This document shows positions 1 to 16,089 of a stretch of 64,000 nt of DNA, in pieces. This stretch comes from the human T2T-CHM13v2.0 reference genome, Homo sapiens. The notes beneath the pieces are model-generated. The model was not told where the DNA came from. It made no database searches and saw only the letters and a program-made list of their open reading frames with translations. The stretch lies in the NCBI RefSeq assembly GCF_009914755.1, contig NC_060936.1; one strand, given 5' to 3'. Position numbers and translations under genes: made by a program. The stretch's first letter is position 1. Every line of letters starts with the position of its first letter.

Positions 1-506
1 CACCATCTGGCCTTGAGAATTCTGAGTCTTTATATTTCAGGATTGAGCTGAGACCTTTGTGAAACATCATCTCTGGGAGGGCCAGCCTGGGCCCAGCTCA
101 CAGACATAAGCTGTCCTCATATCCCAACTTCTCATTGACTCACACACGCACTCAGTGCTTTATTGAGCACCTAGTGTGTGTCAGTTGCTGGGCAAGGTGC
201 CAGGGCTGTACTGTAGCAAGGAAAACAGGAGACAAGGTCCCTGCCATCATGAAGCTCATGTGCTACAGGGAGTGACAGACAGCAGGTAAGTAAACAATAA
301 CAAATGAATATATAATAGCAGAGAAAAATAACAGCAATGGAAACAAGCAAAGCAGGGGAAGGGGGTTAGACAGTGACTGGGATGGGGAGGTGGATGGTAT
401 GTGAGTATTTTAAACTCAAGGAGGTGCTTCTTCCTGGGATGCTCTGGGATATTCTGGGATACCTGAGATAGCCAGGTAAAATCCACTAGGAATTCGTTGC
501 TGACAC

Positions 507-644
507 TGAGGCAGGAGAATAGCGTCTGCAGGCAGGGAAACTAAGGTCAGTTCATGCTGACTTCCTAGAACTAAATCAAAAGGAAAGTCCCAACTTTCCA
601 AGCCCAAGTAACAAAAGGACCAGAGGAACAAAGGACCAGAGGCT
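507..644 (+). mobile_element. 5' fragment of an ERV1 LTR (MER51-like)
   Basis: Begins TGAGGCAGGAGAATAG...GCTGACTTCCTAGAACTAAATCAAAAGGAAA as in the recalled MER51 consensus, then truncates abruptly. Confidence 0.65.
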
Positions 645-1142
645 GGACTGTGCCCAGCCTGTTCTTCCTACAATCTTTATGCAGATATAGATGAATGTGA
701 AAACAAGAGAGTTTTAAAAAGTCTGAAAGGAGCTAGTTAGAATGTCAATAGAGGTTGCTCACAGAACTGTAAGAGGCAGAGGAGATAGAGGGTGGAACTT
801 CGTTTCTGAGCCTGGCTGCCTGGGTTCATATCCTAGCCTTGCCACTTGCTAGCTGTGAGAAGAGGGCAAATCACTTCACCTATGTATGCCTCAGTTTCCT
901 CATCTGTAAAATGGTGCAATAATGACATGCAGGTATGAGATTATCTTCCTATTTATAAAGCACTTCCAATAGATCTAGTACGTAATGAATCCAATCTAAG
1001 TGTTTTTTTCTAACTGTGTTGAAACAAGTGGGCATGAAAAGATTCCTTTTCCACCCTGAGCTACAGATTGAGAAGTTTTTGGGGCTGGGTTCTGCTACCT
1101 GTATTAAATATATTTTTTTAAATTAAAAACCTTTTGTTATAG

Positions 1143-1418
<276 letters not shown>

Positions 1419-1761
1419 TGATCCACCCGCCTCGGCCTCCCAAAGTGCTGGGATGAGCCACCCACTACAGGCGCCCACCACCACGCCCGGCTAATTCTTT
1501 GTATTTTTAGTAGAGATGGGGTTTCACAGTGTTAGCAAGGATGGTCTAGATCTCCTGACCTCATGATCTGCCCGCCTTGGCCTCCCAAAGTGCTGGGATT
1601 ACAGGCGTGAGCCACCGCGCCCGGCCAGGTGTTTGTTTTTATCCTCCTATTTTTTCCATTTCTAGCACTTTCCATATCTGTAAAATAGGATTAATAATAG
1701 TACCTATCTCATAGGGTTATTGTGAGAATTAAATGAATTAATGCTTATAAAATGCTTATAA

Positions 1762-2022
<261 letters not shown>

Positions 2023-2569
2023 TAACCATGTTGGCCAGGCTGGTCTTGAACTCCTGACCTCAAGTGCTCCATCTGCCTTGGCCTTCCAAAGTGCTGGGAT
2101 TACAGGCATGAGCCACTGCACCTGGCCTATTTTTTTATTTTCTTGAGACATGGTCTCCCTCTTTTACCTAGGCTGGAGTGCAGTGGCACGATCATGGCTC
2201 AGTCACCTCAAACACCTGGGCTCATGGGATCCTCCCACCTCAGCCACCTGAGTAGCTCAGACTATGGGTGTGCACTACTGCACCCAGCTAATTTTCTAAT
2301 TTCTTTTGTAGAGACGGGGTCTTGCTATGTTGCCAGGGCTGTTCTTGAATTCCTAGGCTCAAGAGATCCTCTTGCCTCAGCTTCCCAAACTGCTGGAATT
2401 ATAGGCATGAGCCACCTTCCTTGGCTCAGAATATTATAATTAACCTTTGTACACCCATTGTTCATGTCAATGATTAGCAACTCATGGTGACACCTGCATT
2501 TTTAACAAGGCCCTGGTGCACACTACATCTTGAGAAACCCCCAGTGGAATTCCAGGACGCTCCTGAGGC

Positions 2570-3120
2570 TGTTACTGGAAAGGGGTCCCGATCCAGACTC
2601 CAAGAGAGGGTTCTTGGATCTCTCGGAAGAAAGAAGTCGAGTGAGTCCATAGAGTAAAGTGAAAGCAAGTTTATTAGGAAAGTAAGGGATAAAAGAATGG
2701 CTACTCCATAGACAGAGCAGCCCTGAGGGCTGTTAGTGGCCCTATTTTTATGGTTATTTCTTGATGATATGCTAAACAAGGGGTGGATTATTCATGCCTC
2801 CCCTTTTTAGATCATATACGGTAACTTCCTGACATTGTCATGGCATTTATAAACTGTCATGATGCTGGTGGGAGCGTAGCAGTGAGGACGACCAGAGGTC
2901 AAGTCTTGTTGCCATCTTGGTTTTGGTGGGTTTTAGCCGGCTTCTTTATTGCAAACTGTTTTATCAGCCAGGTCTTTATGACCTGTATCTGCCTACCTCC
3001 TATCTCATCCTGTGACTTAGAATACCTTAACCATCTAGGAATGCAGCCCGGTAGGTCTCAGCCTCATTTTACTCAGCCCCTATTCAAGATGGAGTTGCTC
3101 TGGTTCACATCCCTCTCACA
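2570..3120 (-). mobile_element. MER41A-type ERV1 solo LTR
   Basis: About 550 bp, TG...CA ends, MER41 signature GAACCAGAGCAACTCCATCTTGAATAGGGGCTG on the minus strand, 4-bp TSD AGGC (2566-2569 and 3121-3124). Confidence 0.88.
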
Positions 3121-4221
3121 AGGCCTGTTGGATACATGTTAGTTTGTTGGGATTTTGCTAGACAAATTGCTAATCTTGAAATCAGAAAAGATGATAACAA
3201 AAAACTTTTTTTCTCTCCCAAGAAAAATTTTGTCTGCTCCTAAGAAGAGGATTTTCTGTCCAAGTTCAGTGGACGAGAGCACCAGACACCCCCTGGAAAG
3301 ACTCAAGATTCCAGCCCTGTCCTGTGGTCCCTTCAACTGACAGCAACCACTCACTCCCCAGCCCCACTTACTATCAAGGGAGCCCAGGGCCTGCTTCACC
3401 CAGGCCCTGGGAACAAGATTTGAGAAGCAAATGAATTGTGTGAGTTAATTCAAGGGCCACCTTTGGCTCCCTTAGCAGCACAAATTGTCCCTGAGGACAT
3501 TGACTCGATTCTTGGATACAAAGGGAGATACGAATTTACCTTTGACTGCTCTCTGGGCATTAAAGCTGGTCTTGAATGTTTTCTCTGGGCGGTTCCCTGT
3601 CATTAGGGAGGTGCCCACATTTACCAAATCAACGAGCCCGATTTCACCTGGTCACACCCTTCCTTGGCACAGAAAACAGTGACTTCTTTTTCCTCCTGCT
3701 AATTTGCTGTCAAGATGTTCTACTAATCATCATCATAATTACTAATATTCACTGCCCACTTAGTAAGCTCTTTATACCCATTAACTCAATTCATTCTTGC
3801 AACGACCTTGTGAGGTGAAACTATTGTTACCCACAGATCACAGAAGAGGACACCGAGGCCTACAGAACTGTGGCAAAGACTGCTCCATGTTCCCAACATC
3901 CATTTTTTTCCCTCTTTCAAAGTAAAAGAAATCCAATTTTACTAGGGAACATGGCTGTCCAGAATTCCCAGCCTCCTTTGTGGGTAAGTGTGGCCATGGG
4001 ACTCTGGTATGGGCTAAGGATGTCGGGGGAAGAGTCCCGCAGTGGTTCTGAAACACTCTCTCTAAGAGGTCACTGCTTCTTCATCCCTTCTTTTATTCTG
4101 GCATCTGGAACTTGAAGGCCGCCATCTTGAACTGCGACGTAGGAGTGCCCTGAATGGAGGTGCATCTGGCTGGGAGGATACCATTGACCACCATAACCAG
4201 GCCTAGTTAAGAAAGAAATAA

Positions 4222-4855
4222 GCTTCTTCCTTCTTTATTCTTCCTTTTTCCTCCTCCTCCTCCTCCTTCTTCTCCTTCTACTTCTCCTTCTTCTTCTTCT
4301 CCCCGTTCCCCTCCCCTTCCCTTTCCCCCTCCTTCCCCCTCCCTCCTCCTCTCCCCCTCCTCTTCTTCTTTCTTCTTCTCCCTCTCCTCTCCCCTTCCTT
4401 TCCCCCTCTCCCTCCCTCCCCCTCCTCCTCCCCTCTCCCCAGTCCCCTCCTTCTTCTTCTTCTTCCTCTTTCTTCTTCTTCCCTCTCTCCCCTCCCCTTC
4501 CCTTCCCCCTCCCCTTCCCTCCCCCTGTCCCTCCCCCTCACCCCCTCCTTCTCTCCCCTCTCCCTTTATCCTCCTTCCCCTCCTCCTCCTCCTTCTTCGT
4601 CTTCTTCCCCTTTCTTCTTCTTCTCCCTCTCCCTCTCCCCCTCCCCTTCCCTCTCTCCCTCCCCTTCCCTCTCCCCCTCCCCTTCCCTCTCCCCCTCCCC
4701 TTCCCTCTCCCCCTCCCCTCTCCCCTCCCTCTTCCCTCCCTCTCTAGCTCCCCTTTTTCCTCTCCCCTTCCCTTTCTCCTTCTCCCCCTCCCCCTCCACC
4801 TTCTTCTTTCTTCTTCTTCTCCTTCTCCTTCTCCTTCTTCCTCTTCTTCTTTTTC
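4222..4855. repeat. About 630-bp polypyrimidine (CT-rich) low-complexity tract
   Basis: Almost exclusively C/T, with CTT, CCT and CCCCTCCCCTTCCCTCT subunits. Abuts an antisense Alu monomer at about 4855-4975. Confidence 0.95.
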
Positions 4856-5222
4856 GGTAGAGATGAGTTCTCACTGTGTTGCCCAGGCTGGTCTTGAACT
4901 CCTGGACTCAAGGGATCCTCCTGCCTTGGCCTCCCAATGTGCTAGGATTACAGGCGTGGGCCACTGTGCCCAGCCTCTTCTTTCTTCTCAAAGCTTTACA
5001 TTTTTATTTATTGAGTCAAACCTCAATACCAAACATGGTGACAGAATTGGGACTTGAATCTACATCTGTGTGACTCTTAACTAACCTATCTGCAATTGTA
5101 GGGGTATATTGTATAACCCTGTAGGATTCAGAAAACCCTTGTCCAAGGCGTTATCTCACATGGTCTCAGATATCAATTCACTTTTGAGTAAGGAGTCTGT
5201 TTTTTTGTTTTTGTTTTTTTGA

Positions 5223-5513
<291 letters not shown>

Positions 5514-7060
5514 TGAATTGCAATGTATGGGAATTATATGCCAATAAAGCTGTTAAAAAAAAATAGTAGTGCTGAGGTTGAGAAGCCCAGAACTAGGAGG
5601 TATTAATTTGAGAGAAGAAACTTGGGGGATCAAGTGAGGGGACAGGTTAGGCAGGCTAAGGAGTTTTATCTTTGTCACCACTGATGGGTGACAAGACTGG
5701 TGGACTCACCCCTGGAGATGCATTCATATTTCAAGGTTGTTTGGGCACCTACCTTGTGCTGGGCATTTTCATGTATAGCATTCTGTATCATCCTCACGAT
5801 GAATCTGCAGTTAGGTCTGGCCAGCTCATTGTGGAGATGAGTAGCTGAGGCTCAGAGAGGTTTGGCGACTTGACCAAAGCTGCACAGCTGGGGTCTGAAC
5901 ATGTTTGGACCCTGTGGCTTTCTATGCTGCGCCCTGACTCTCACTGAGGGCTGTGGACCAGCTGGTGGCAGGGGGGTCACCTTGCCTCTGCTCTCTCCTG
6001 TTACAGCCCTGGTTGCAGCTTGAGTCCTGGAAATGCCCCCAGGAGACCCTTCTCAGAGTGCTGATGTCATCCCTGGGCTGGGGTGCAGCTGGCATCTGGA
6101 TGGGGGTTGGTTGCTTAGCAATGTAGATGCAGATTCTGCCCTGAGCAGAGGGAACCATCTTATAGTCTTGGCTGCGGGAACTTCAAGGAGAACAGCCCCA
6201 GGAGGGCCTTGGGAACCTGGGGCCTGTTCTGAGTTGGGAGGACTGGAAACAGCTTTGTCCCTGGGCTGGACTGGACAGGGAGAGCCCTCCTTAAGGGGGT
6301 GATTGAGCTTTAGAGGACAGAAAAGGAGAACCATGAGGCCTGGGTTGATCATAGTGATATTGTTATTATAACCACAGCTACCTTTCGTGAGCACCACCTG
6401 CACTATGCCAGGTACTGCGCTAACGTGCCTTAATTCCATCATCCTCCCTGAGCCCCTTGCTATAGGTTACTATTAGCATCCCCTTTGCAAAGAAGGAAGC
6501 CAGGGCTTATACGGATTAATTGACTTGCCTGTAGCCAGAAAGTGGAGCACCTGGGACCTGAACCCCAGCTTCTCTAACACCCTGGATCACCTCACATTGC
6601 AGCTCTGACTGGGCACCTGGTGGAGAGACTTCACCATGTGTCTCCAAGGTCCTGTGTGGTCTGTTCTACTCTCTCTGTGGCTCTCCTTTGCCAGCTCCAG
6701 ACATCATGTCCTTGCTTCATTTCTGGAAACACTCAGACCTCCTTCCAGCTACGGGGCCTTTGCACTTGCTGGTTCGTCTGCTCAGGGTGCTCTTTCATCC
6801 CTCTAGTCACGTGGTTTGCACTGACTCATCCTGGTCTCCAATGCAACATCCTTTCATTCATTCATCCATTGATCCAAACATAGTTATTGGCCGGCCATTG
6901 TGGCTCAGGTCTGTAATCTTAGCACTTTCGATGGCCGAGGTGGGTGGATCACCTGAGGTCAGGAGTTCAAGACTAGCCTGGCCAACATGGTGAAACCCCA
7001 TCTCTACTAAAAATATGAAAATTAGCCAGGTGTGGTGGCACGTGTCTGTAATCCCAGCTA

Positions 7061-7168
<108 letters not shown>

Positions 7169-8079
7169 TCAGAAAACAAAAACCAAAAAACCTCACATAG
7201 TTATGGTGCCTCCCAATGCCAGGTAAACATTAGTAAATAAAATATACACGATCCCAGACCTCTTGGAGCTTACACACTGGTGCCAGAGGCAGACAATGAA
7301 TGATAAATGAATGGACAAGCCAATAAAGACACAGTTGCAAACTCTCTCTCCTCCTTGGAAACATTCCCTGACTCCCCTGCCCTTTGGCAAGAATAGATCC
7401 GGTCTCCCTTTCAGATACACTCATGGCCTTTCACAGTGGTTAGGCCAACAATAACTAATCACTTAATTGTGTAATTATTTAATGCTGGTCTGCCCTCTTA
7501 GGCTGTGGGTTCTGTGAGGCCAGGGACTGTGAGGCCATCTGGGACTTGCTCACAGGTTTGTTCACAGCACCCACCATAGCTGCTCCTTCAACACCGTTTA
7601 ACAATAATAACAAACACTTACACAGCACTTGTGAAGCACCAGGTGCTGTTCGAAGTGCTACCTGTGCAGTAAGTTATTAAATCTTCTCAACAATTCTATA
7701 AGGTCAGACTATTTTTTTTTGTTAGACAGAGAATGAATAACTATTCTTATTCATATTTTACAGATGAGGAAACTGAGGCACAGAGAGTTGGCTCACTGCA
7801 ACCTCTGCCTCCCAGGTTCAAGCGATTCTCTTGCCTTAGCCTCCCGAGTAGCTGGGACTACAGGCATCTGCCACCACACCCAACTAATTTTTGTATTTTT
7901 AGTAGAGACGGGGTTTCACCATGTTGGCCAGGCTGGTCTCAAACTCCTGACCTCAGGTGGTCACCTGCTGTGGTCTCCCAAAGTGCTAGGATTACAGGCA
8001 TGAGCCACTATGCCTGGCTGGTGCTAGACCTGAGCTCATGGCTCCAGGGCCCATGTTTTCAATCAGTAGTCCCTGAATG

Positions 8080-8535
8080 AAAGTAAGAAAGGAAGGAAGG
8101 AAGAAAGAGAGGAAGGAGGTAGGGAAGGAGGGAGGGAAGGGAGGAAGGAGGGAGGGAAGGAAGGAAGGAGGGAGGGAAGGAAGGAAGGAGGGAAGGAAGG
8201 AAGAAAGGAAGGAAGGAGGGAGGGAGGAAAGAAGGAAGGGAGGGAGGGAAGAAAGGAAAGAAGGAAGGACGGAAGGGAGGGAGGGAAGAAAGGAAGGAAG
8301 AAAGGGAGGGAAGGAAGAAAGGGAGGAAGGAGGGAAGGAAGAAACGGAGGAAGAGGGAAGGAAGGAAGGAAGGGAAGGAGGGAGGGAGGGACGGAGGGAG
8401 GGAATGGAAGGAAGGAAGAAAGGAAAGAAGGATGGAAGGGAGGGAGGGAAGGAAGGAAGGAAGGAGGGAAGGAAGGAAGAAAGGAAGGAAAGAAGGAAGG
8501 AAGGAAAGAAGTGAGGGAAATGAAGGAAGGGAAGG
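8080..8535. repeat. About 450-bp degenerate (GGAA/GGGA)n polypurine tract
   Basis: Seen directly. Confidence 0.95.
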
Positions 8536-9690
8536 GAACTAGGTGCGGTAGCCCATCAAGTGGTCATGCCTGTAGCCAGCCAGGTTTGGAGGGAAGTTGT
8601 CATCTTTTTCAGAGCTGGGAGCCCAGCCTCCTGGGTCCCTGCCTTCCCTCCTGCTGTGTGGCAACCAGGGTTATACAACAGCTTGGGGAAACTTTTAATA
8701 ATAGAACGTGCCCACCAGCTTGCTTTGGGCCACTGCAAAGCAGGGAGGGAGCCAGGAGGGAGCCAGGTTTGAATGTGAGAGGGGCCTTTGGGATGGTCTT
8801 TGCAACTTCTGCTTCTCAACTGGGAAAGCCAGGATCTCGAAAATCTGATCTCATAGCTCCTGAATCCAGCCCAGAGTTCTAGAAAGTACTCGGCTACTCC
8901 GTGCCAGTATTCCAGAGTGCATTCTCTCAAATCTCTGAGCCAATGGGCTTTCTGGGGCCTTCTACGTTGTCATACCAAGGAAAGATTCTGGCCAGAGAGC
9001 CCCAGAGAACAGTTTTATGAAAGGCTGGGGTCAGAGCACGGAACCAATCCTGTTTTATACAAAAGAAGCCTGGTGATGTTGAGTATGTGCCATGTGCCAG
9101 GCAGTATGCTAAGAATTCTACATAGACCCACACCTTCAACAGCCCTTCTTGTCTCTGTTGGACATAATTTTGTTCCCTCTCTTGCTAGTTGTGACCTTAG
9201 GCAAGTCCCTTCATTTTTCTAAACTTCCATTTCTGTTTGACATCAGAAAGATGAGGGGACTTGGCCAAAGTCACAGAGCTAGTAAGAAGGAAAGCCCAAT
9301 GTGTCCATTCACAAACATTTCCTTAATGTATGAACACCTATTACTATTTGGGGCAGCGAGTGGGAAGAGCTGATGAAGATTCTAATAGAACTCGTGGTTT
9401 GTCTTGACAGATAACCTGGATCACTTAGTAATGGCTGCCTGGTGGGTTGCATCCTGGATCTAAGTGGAAAGAGTGCCGGGACTGTTTAGTAATGTCTGCC
9501 GTGGGATCAGCCATGGGGAACTAAATATTTGCCATGCCTGGAATTGGAAATACCAGAGGGAAAAGAGGGAGGGAGAGACAACAACTTACAGTTCAAGGAA
9601 AACTCTTTGGTGATGGCAGAGGTGCTCTGAGAGGGAAGGGATGGACTGTGGCTGTGAAGATGTGTGTGGTGTTGCATCCACCCAAACTGA

Positions 9691-10149
<459 letters not shown>

Positions 10150-10574
10150 TGATCATGGTTCACTGCAGCCTCAATTTCCTGGGCTCAAGTGATTCTCCCA
10201 CCTCAGCCTCCTGAATAGCTGGGACCACAGGTGTGTGCCACCACACCCAGCTAATTTTTAAAATTTTTTGTAGAGATGGGGTCTCACTATGTTTCCCAGG
10301 CTGGTCTTGAACTCCTGGGCTCAAGCAATCCTCCCACCTCGACATCCCAAAGTGCTGGGATTACAGGCATAAGCCATCCTTGCCCAGCGTGAAAGAAATT
10401 TTGTATTCAAATTCTGGCTCAGTCATTTATTTGACCTGTGACCTGGGGCATATCATGTAACCTCTCTGAACCTCAGTTTCCTCTTTTGTAAAATGAGGAG
10501 AAGGCTATTGGGATGATTGCTGAGTGCCTACTCTTGACATGTGGAGCCCTGACTGAGGGAGGCAGTGTTTGTTG

Positions 10575-10692
10575 TCAGCACCACCGCCTTACAGGACCCT
10601 GGGGATGGCGTTCACTGTATTGTCTGTGTAAGTGGCGCCCCCTGGTGCACCAACATGAATGGCGTTTCCTGGAATTGTGCAACATGGCAGAC
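10575..10692. mobile_element. MER91-like hAT relic carrying a CTCF motif
   Basis: TGGCGCCCCCTGG and TGAATGGCG...CTGGAATTGTGCAA resemble the recalled MER91 consensus. It is flanked by MIR sequence. Confidence 0.5.
10632..10650 (-). promoter_or_regulatory. CTCF motif (reverse orientation)
   Basis: Minus strand GTGCACCAGGGGGCGCCAC matches the CTCF core CCASYAGRKGGCRS except at the first base. Confidence 0.55.
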
Positions 10693-11867
10693 TGGATCAT
10701 GAAACAGAGGCCGGGAGAGGTTAAACCACTTGCCCGAGTCACATCGCAGAGGTGGGATTTGAGATCAGGTCTGTCTGCCTCCACCGCCCAAGCCTATAAC
10801 CAGCATGCCCTCCTGCCTACTACCAATTTACCACATCTGCAACAGTTCAGCATCCGTGACTGCTTGAATGTCGGGAGACCGCTTCAGCTGTGTAACCTCC
10901 TCACGTGGCTCTTCCCACAAGAGTGTGCAACAAATGAGCTCACGCCTGCAAAAATCTCTAGGACACTCCCTTGAGTGTGGTGGCCACTCGGGCAGGGAGG
11001 GCTGAGCGTAAAAATCAGAACAGTGAGGAGGAGGCTTGCTGGGAGATTGCCCCCACTTGAAGTTAAGTGTGAGAGGGGAAATCCTAAGAGAGAGAGGTGA
11101 CAGCCCTCCCCGGAGCATTTTCTTTCTTTCTTTCTTTTTTAAACTTTTTAAATTAAAAATAATTTTTTTTAAGACGAAGTCTCATTCTGTCGCCCAGGCT
11201 AGAGTGCAGTTAGCAGGATCTCAGCTCACTGCAACCTCCACCTCTCTGGTTCAAGCGATTCTCCTGCCTCAGCCTTCAGAGTAGCTGGGACTACAGGTGC
11301 ATGCCACCATGCCCAGCTAATTTTTGTATTTTTAGTAGAGACGGGGTTTCACCATGTTGGCCAGGCTGGTCTCGAACTCCTGACCTCAAGTGATCCACCC
11401 ACCTCAGCCTCCCAAAGTGTTGGGATTACAGGTGTGAACCACCACGCTGGCCCCCAGGGCATTTTCAATAAAAGGGAAAAGCCCAGGAGGCCTTGGCCCA
11501 GAGGCAAAGAAGTAAAGGGAGCCGGGCAAACAATGTAGGGAGTGGTGGGAGGCGTGCTCAGCTCCCAAAAGGACTGCTGGGTCTCCAGATGTATCAGTTA
11601 GGGTCCCCTGGAGACAGTCACATGGGAGTGACAAGCGAGTGTGTGGGCAGGATGGGGAGAGCCAGCAGGGATGGCGAAGTGCCTGGGACTGGCAAGTGCA
11701 GGGGAAAGACTGTTCTGGAGTCTGAGATCAGAAGCTGTGAGAGAGGGGCTCCCTGATAGGAGCTCTCAATAGAGGAATAGCTACCTGCATCTGACAGCGC
11801 GGGGCAGCCTCCACAACCTCATGGACTGAGCGCCGGGAGATGGAATGACCCTCCAGAGGGAAATTGA

Positions 11868-12860
<993 letters not shown>

Positions 12861-13707
12861 TAAATTGTATGGAATTTGGTGGAAGTTTAAAAGGGCACAG
12901 ATTCTGGGCAGGGTGGGTGGCTGGGGGGAGGGGGCCAAGGGCTGAGGCCATGGGTGTTTAACTACAGCTCTTCCTCAGGTGGCCTTTGTGTTCAAGCCAC
13001 TGATGCTCCCAGAAGGTGAAAAACGCACCATCCCCAAACTCCCTGCTGTTATTAATCAGCAAACGTGTCAGGGGCAGGTGCGCATGAGTGAATTTTGGGG
13101 TCACAGAGGGTAATCAGGTCTGGCCGGGCTGAAGCAGGTGACCCGACTGTCCGCCTGATCCTGAGCTATTGGATAAGGAGATTAATCTAATTCTGTCTGA
13201 GGAGAGGATGGCTTTTTGAGAAAGCGTGGGACTCAGAAAATGAAAGTTGGATTTAGACCTCAGGCTAAATTCCCAGCTCCGGGGCCAGCGTGACCTGAAG
13301 CGTGTTCCCTGGGTATCTTTTGGCAAGGCTGTCATTGTGCTTGAGCACCCAGTATGTGAGGGAAGAAAACACAGAGCTCAAAGGGGCCTGGGAGGAATGG
13401 AAATAGGAAATTGGGGCGGGAGCTGGGGCGAAGTGGGGAGTCCATGCCCTCCTCGAGGGGTTAATTAAGACCCAGTGCTAGCTGACCGTCATGCCTAGAG
13501 TCAGACATTTGGGGTTCAGATCCTGGTTCTGCCCTTTACTCGTCGTGTGACACTGGACAAGTCACTTCACCTCCTTGTGCCTCAGTTTTCTCATCTGTAA
13601 AACTGAACAATAGCAGAACCCATCTTGGCCGGGTGCAGTGGCTCACACCTGTAATCCCAGCTCTTTAGGAGGCTGAGATGGGTGGATCACCTGAGGTCAG
13701 AAGTTCA

Positions 13708-13956
<249 letters not shown>

Positions 13957-14223
13957 TCACAGAGTTGTTCTGAGGGCTGAGTGGGTGAAAGTTCTGCAAG
14001 TGCTTAGAACAGTGTGTGGTGCATAGTAAAAAGTATTATATGCCAGGCGGGGTGGCTCGCACCCATAATCCAGCACTTTGGGAGGCCGAGGTGGGAGGAT
14101 CACTTGAGCTCAGGAGTTCGGGACCAGCCTGGTAACCTAGGGAGACACTGTCTCTACTTAAAAAAAAAGAAAAAAAAAAATTAGCCGGGCATGGTGGCGC
14201 ATGCCTGTGGTCCAAGGTACTCA

Positions 14224-14346
<123 letters not shown>

Positions 14347-15271
14347 TTATAACATTTGCTAAATAAATTAGGTAAATAAGAATGTAACCCTTTTTGTTGC
14401 CAGATCTTCTAATCTTTCGAGGAAAGTGAATCTGGAAATCCAAATTTTCATAATCCTATTAATGCCAAACACTCAGGCAGTTCCAAAACACCTTAATATG
14501 TTAAATATTAACAAAACGTTATGACGTAGATATGGTTATTACTCCCATTCTACAGATGGGGAAACTGAGGTACAAAGATGTCACATAATGAGTGCTGGGC
14601 TGGGCGTGGTGGCTCATGTCTGTAATCCCAGCACTTTGGGAGGCAGAGGCAGGCGGATCACTTGAGGTCAGAGTTCAAGACCAGCCTGGCCAACATGGTG
14701 AAACCCCGTCTCTACTAAAAATACAAAATTAGCCGGGTGTGGTGGTGCGCACCTGTAATCCCAGCTCCTCAGGAGGCTGAGGTAGGAGAATCACTTGAAT
14801 TTGGGAGGTGGAGGTTGTATTGAGCTGAGATCACACCACTGCACTCCAGCCTGGGTAACAAAAGTGAACAAACAAACAAACGTGTTAAAATTATACTAGT
14901 TATTGGTAACTGGGATATAGGGTGACCAACTGTTCTGATTTTCCTGGGACTGTCCCTAGTTTTTGCACTGTCAGATCCACGTCCCAGGAAACCCTTCAGT
15001 CCAGGAAAATCAAGACTGTTCATCAGCCTAGGTTGAAACCTGGTCAGTGCGGCCCCAGCATCCTGCCCTTCACTACTGCGCTCCATTTTCTCTTGTGTGA
15101 ATGCTCTGGATTTTTAAATGTTGGTCCCTGTGAGCCAAACGAACAAGTTGCAATTCTTGAAAGACTGATGCTTCGTGACATTAGATTTCCCACTTGTTAT
15201 ACAGGTGGGCCTCAGTTTCCTCACCTGTAAAGGGGGAAAATCATAATCTAGACCTCATAGGGTTCTTGTGA

Positions 15272-15621
<350 letters not shown>

Positions 15622-15776
15622 TAGTTTTGAACTCCTGACCTCAAGTGATCTGCCTCAGCCTCCCAAAGTGCTGAGATTACAGGCATGAGCCACTGTGCCT
15701 GGCCTATGATTGTTGATAAATACATTCTCAAGATTCTCTCAGACTTTCTGAATCAAAATCTCCAGCCATGTCTCTG

Positions 15777-16089
15777 TGACTGGCCCCCAGTAAAAACCCT
15801 GGACACCAAGGCATGGGTGAGTCTTCCTGGTTGGCAATGCCTCTGACGTGTTGGTGTACATCATTGCTATTTGTTGTTTTTGTTATTTGTCACTTATAAT
15901 TAAGTGATGTTTGTAAGAGTCCACAGGGAAAGGACAACTGGAGGCTCATATCTGCTCTCTGTGCCTTTAGTCTTTACTGATTTTGATCTGTACCCTCTCA
16001 CTGTAGTAAACTATAACCATGAATATGACAGCTTTTCTAAGTTCTGGGGGTCCTTCTATGGAATCATTGAACCTGGGGTTGGTCTTGGG
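15777..16089 (+). mobile_element. MER21-like LTR fragment
   Basis: CCCCCAGTAAAAACCCTGGACACCAAGG and TAAACTATAACCATGAATATGACAGCTTT motifs typical of MER21. Confidence 0.6.

Noticed and set aside
10575-10595. TCAGCACCAC as a REST/RE1 site
   Set aside because: Only the left half-site is present; the GGACAG half is missing.
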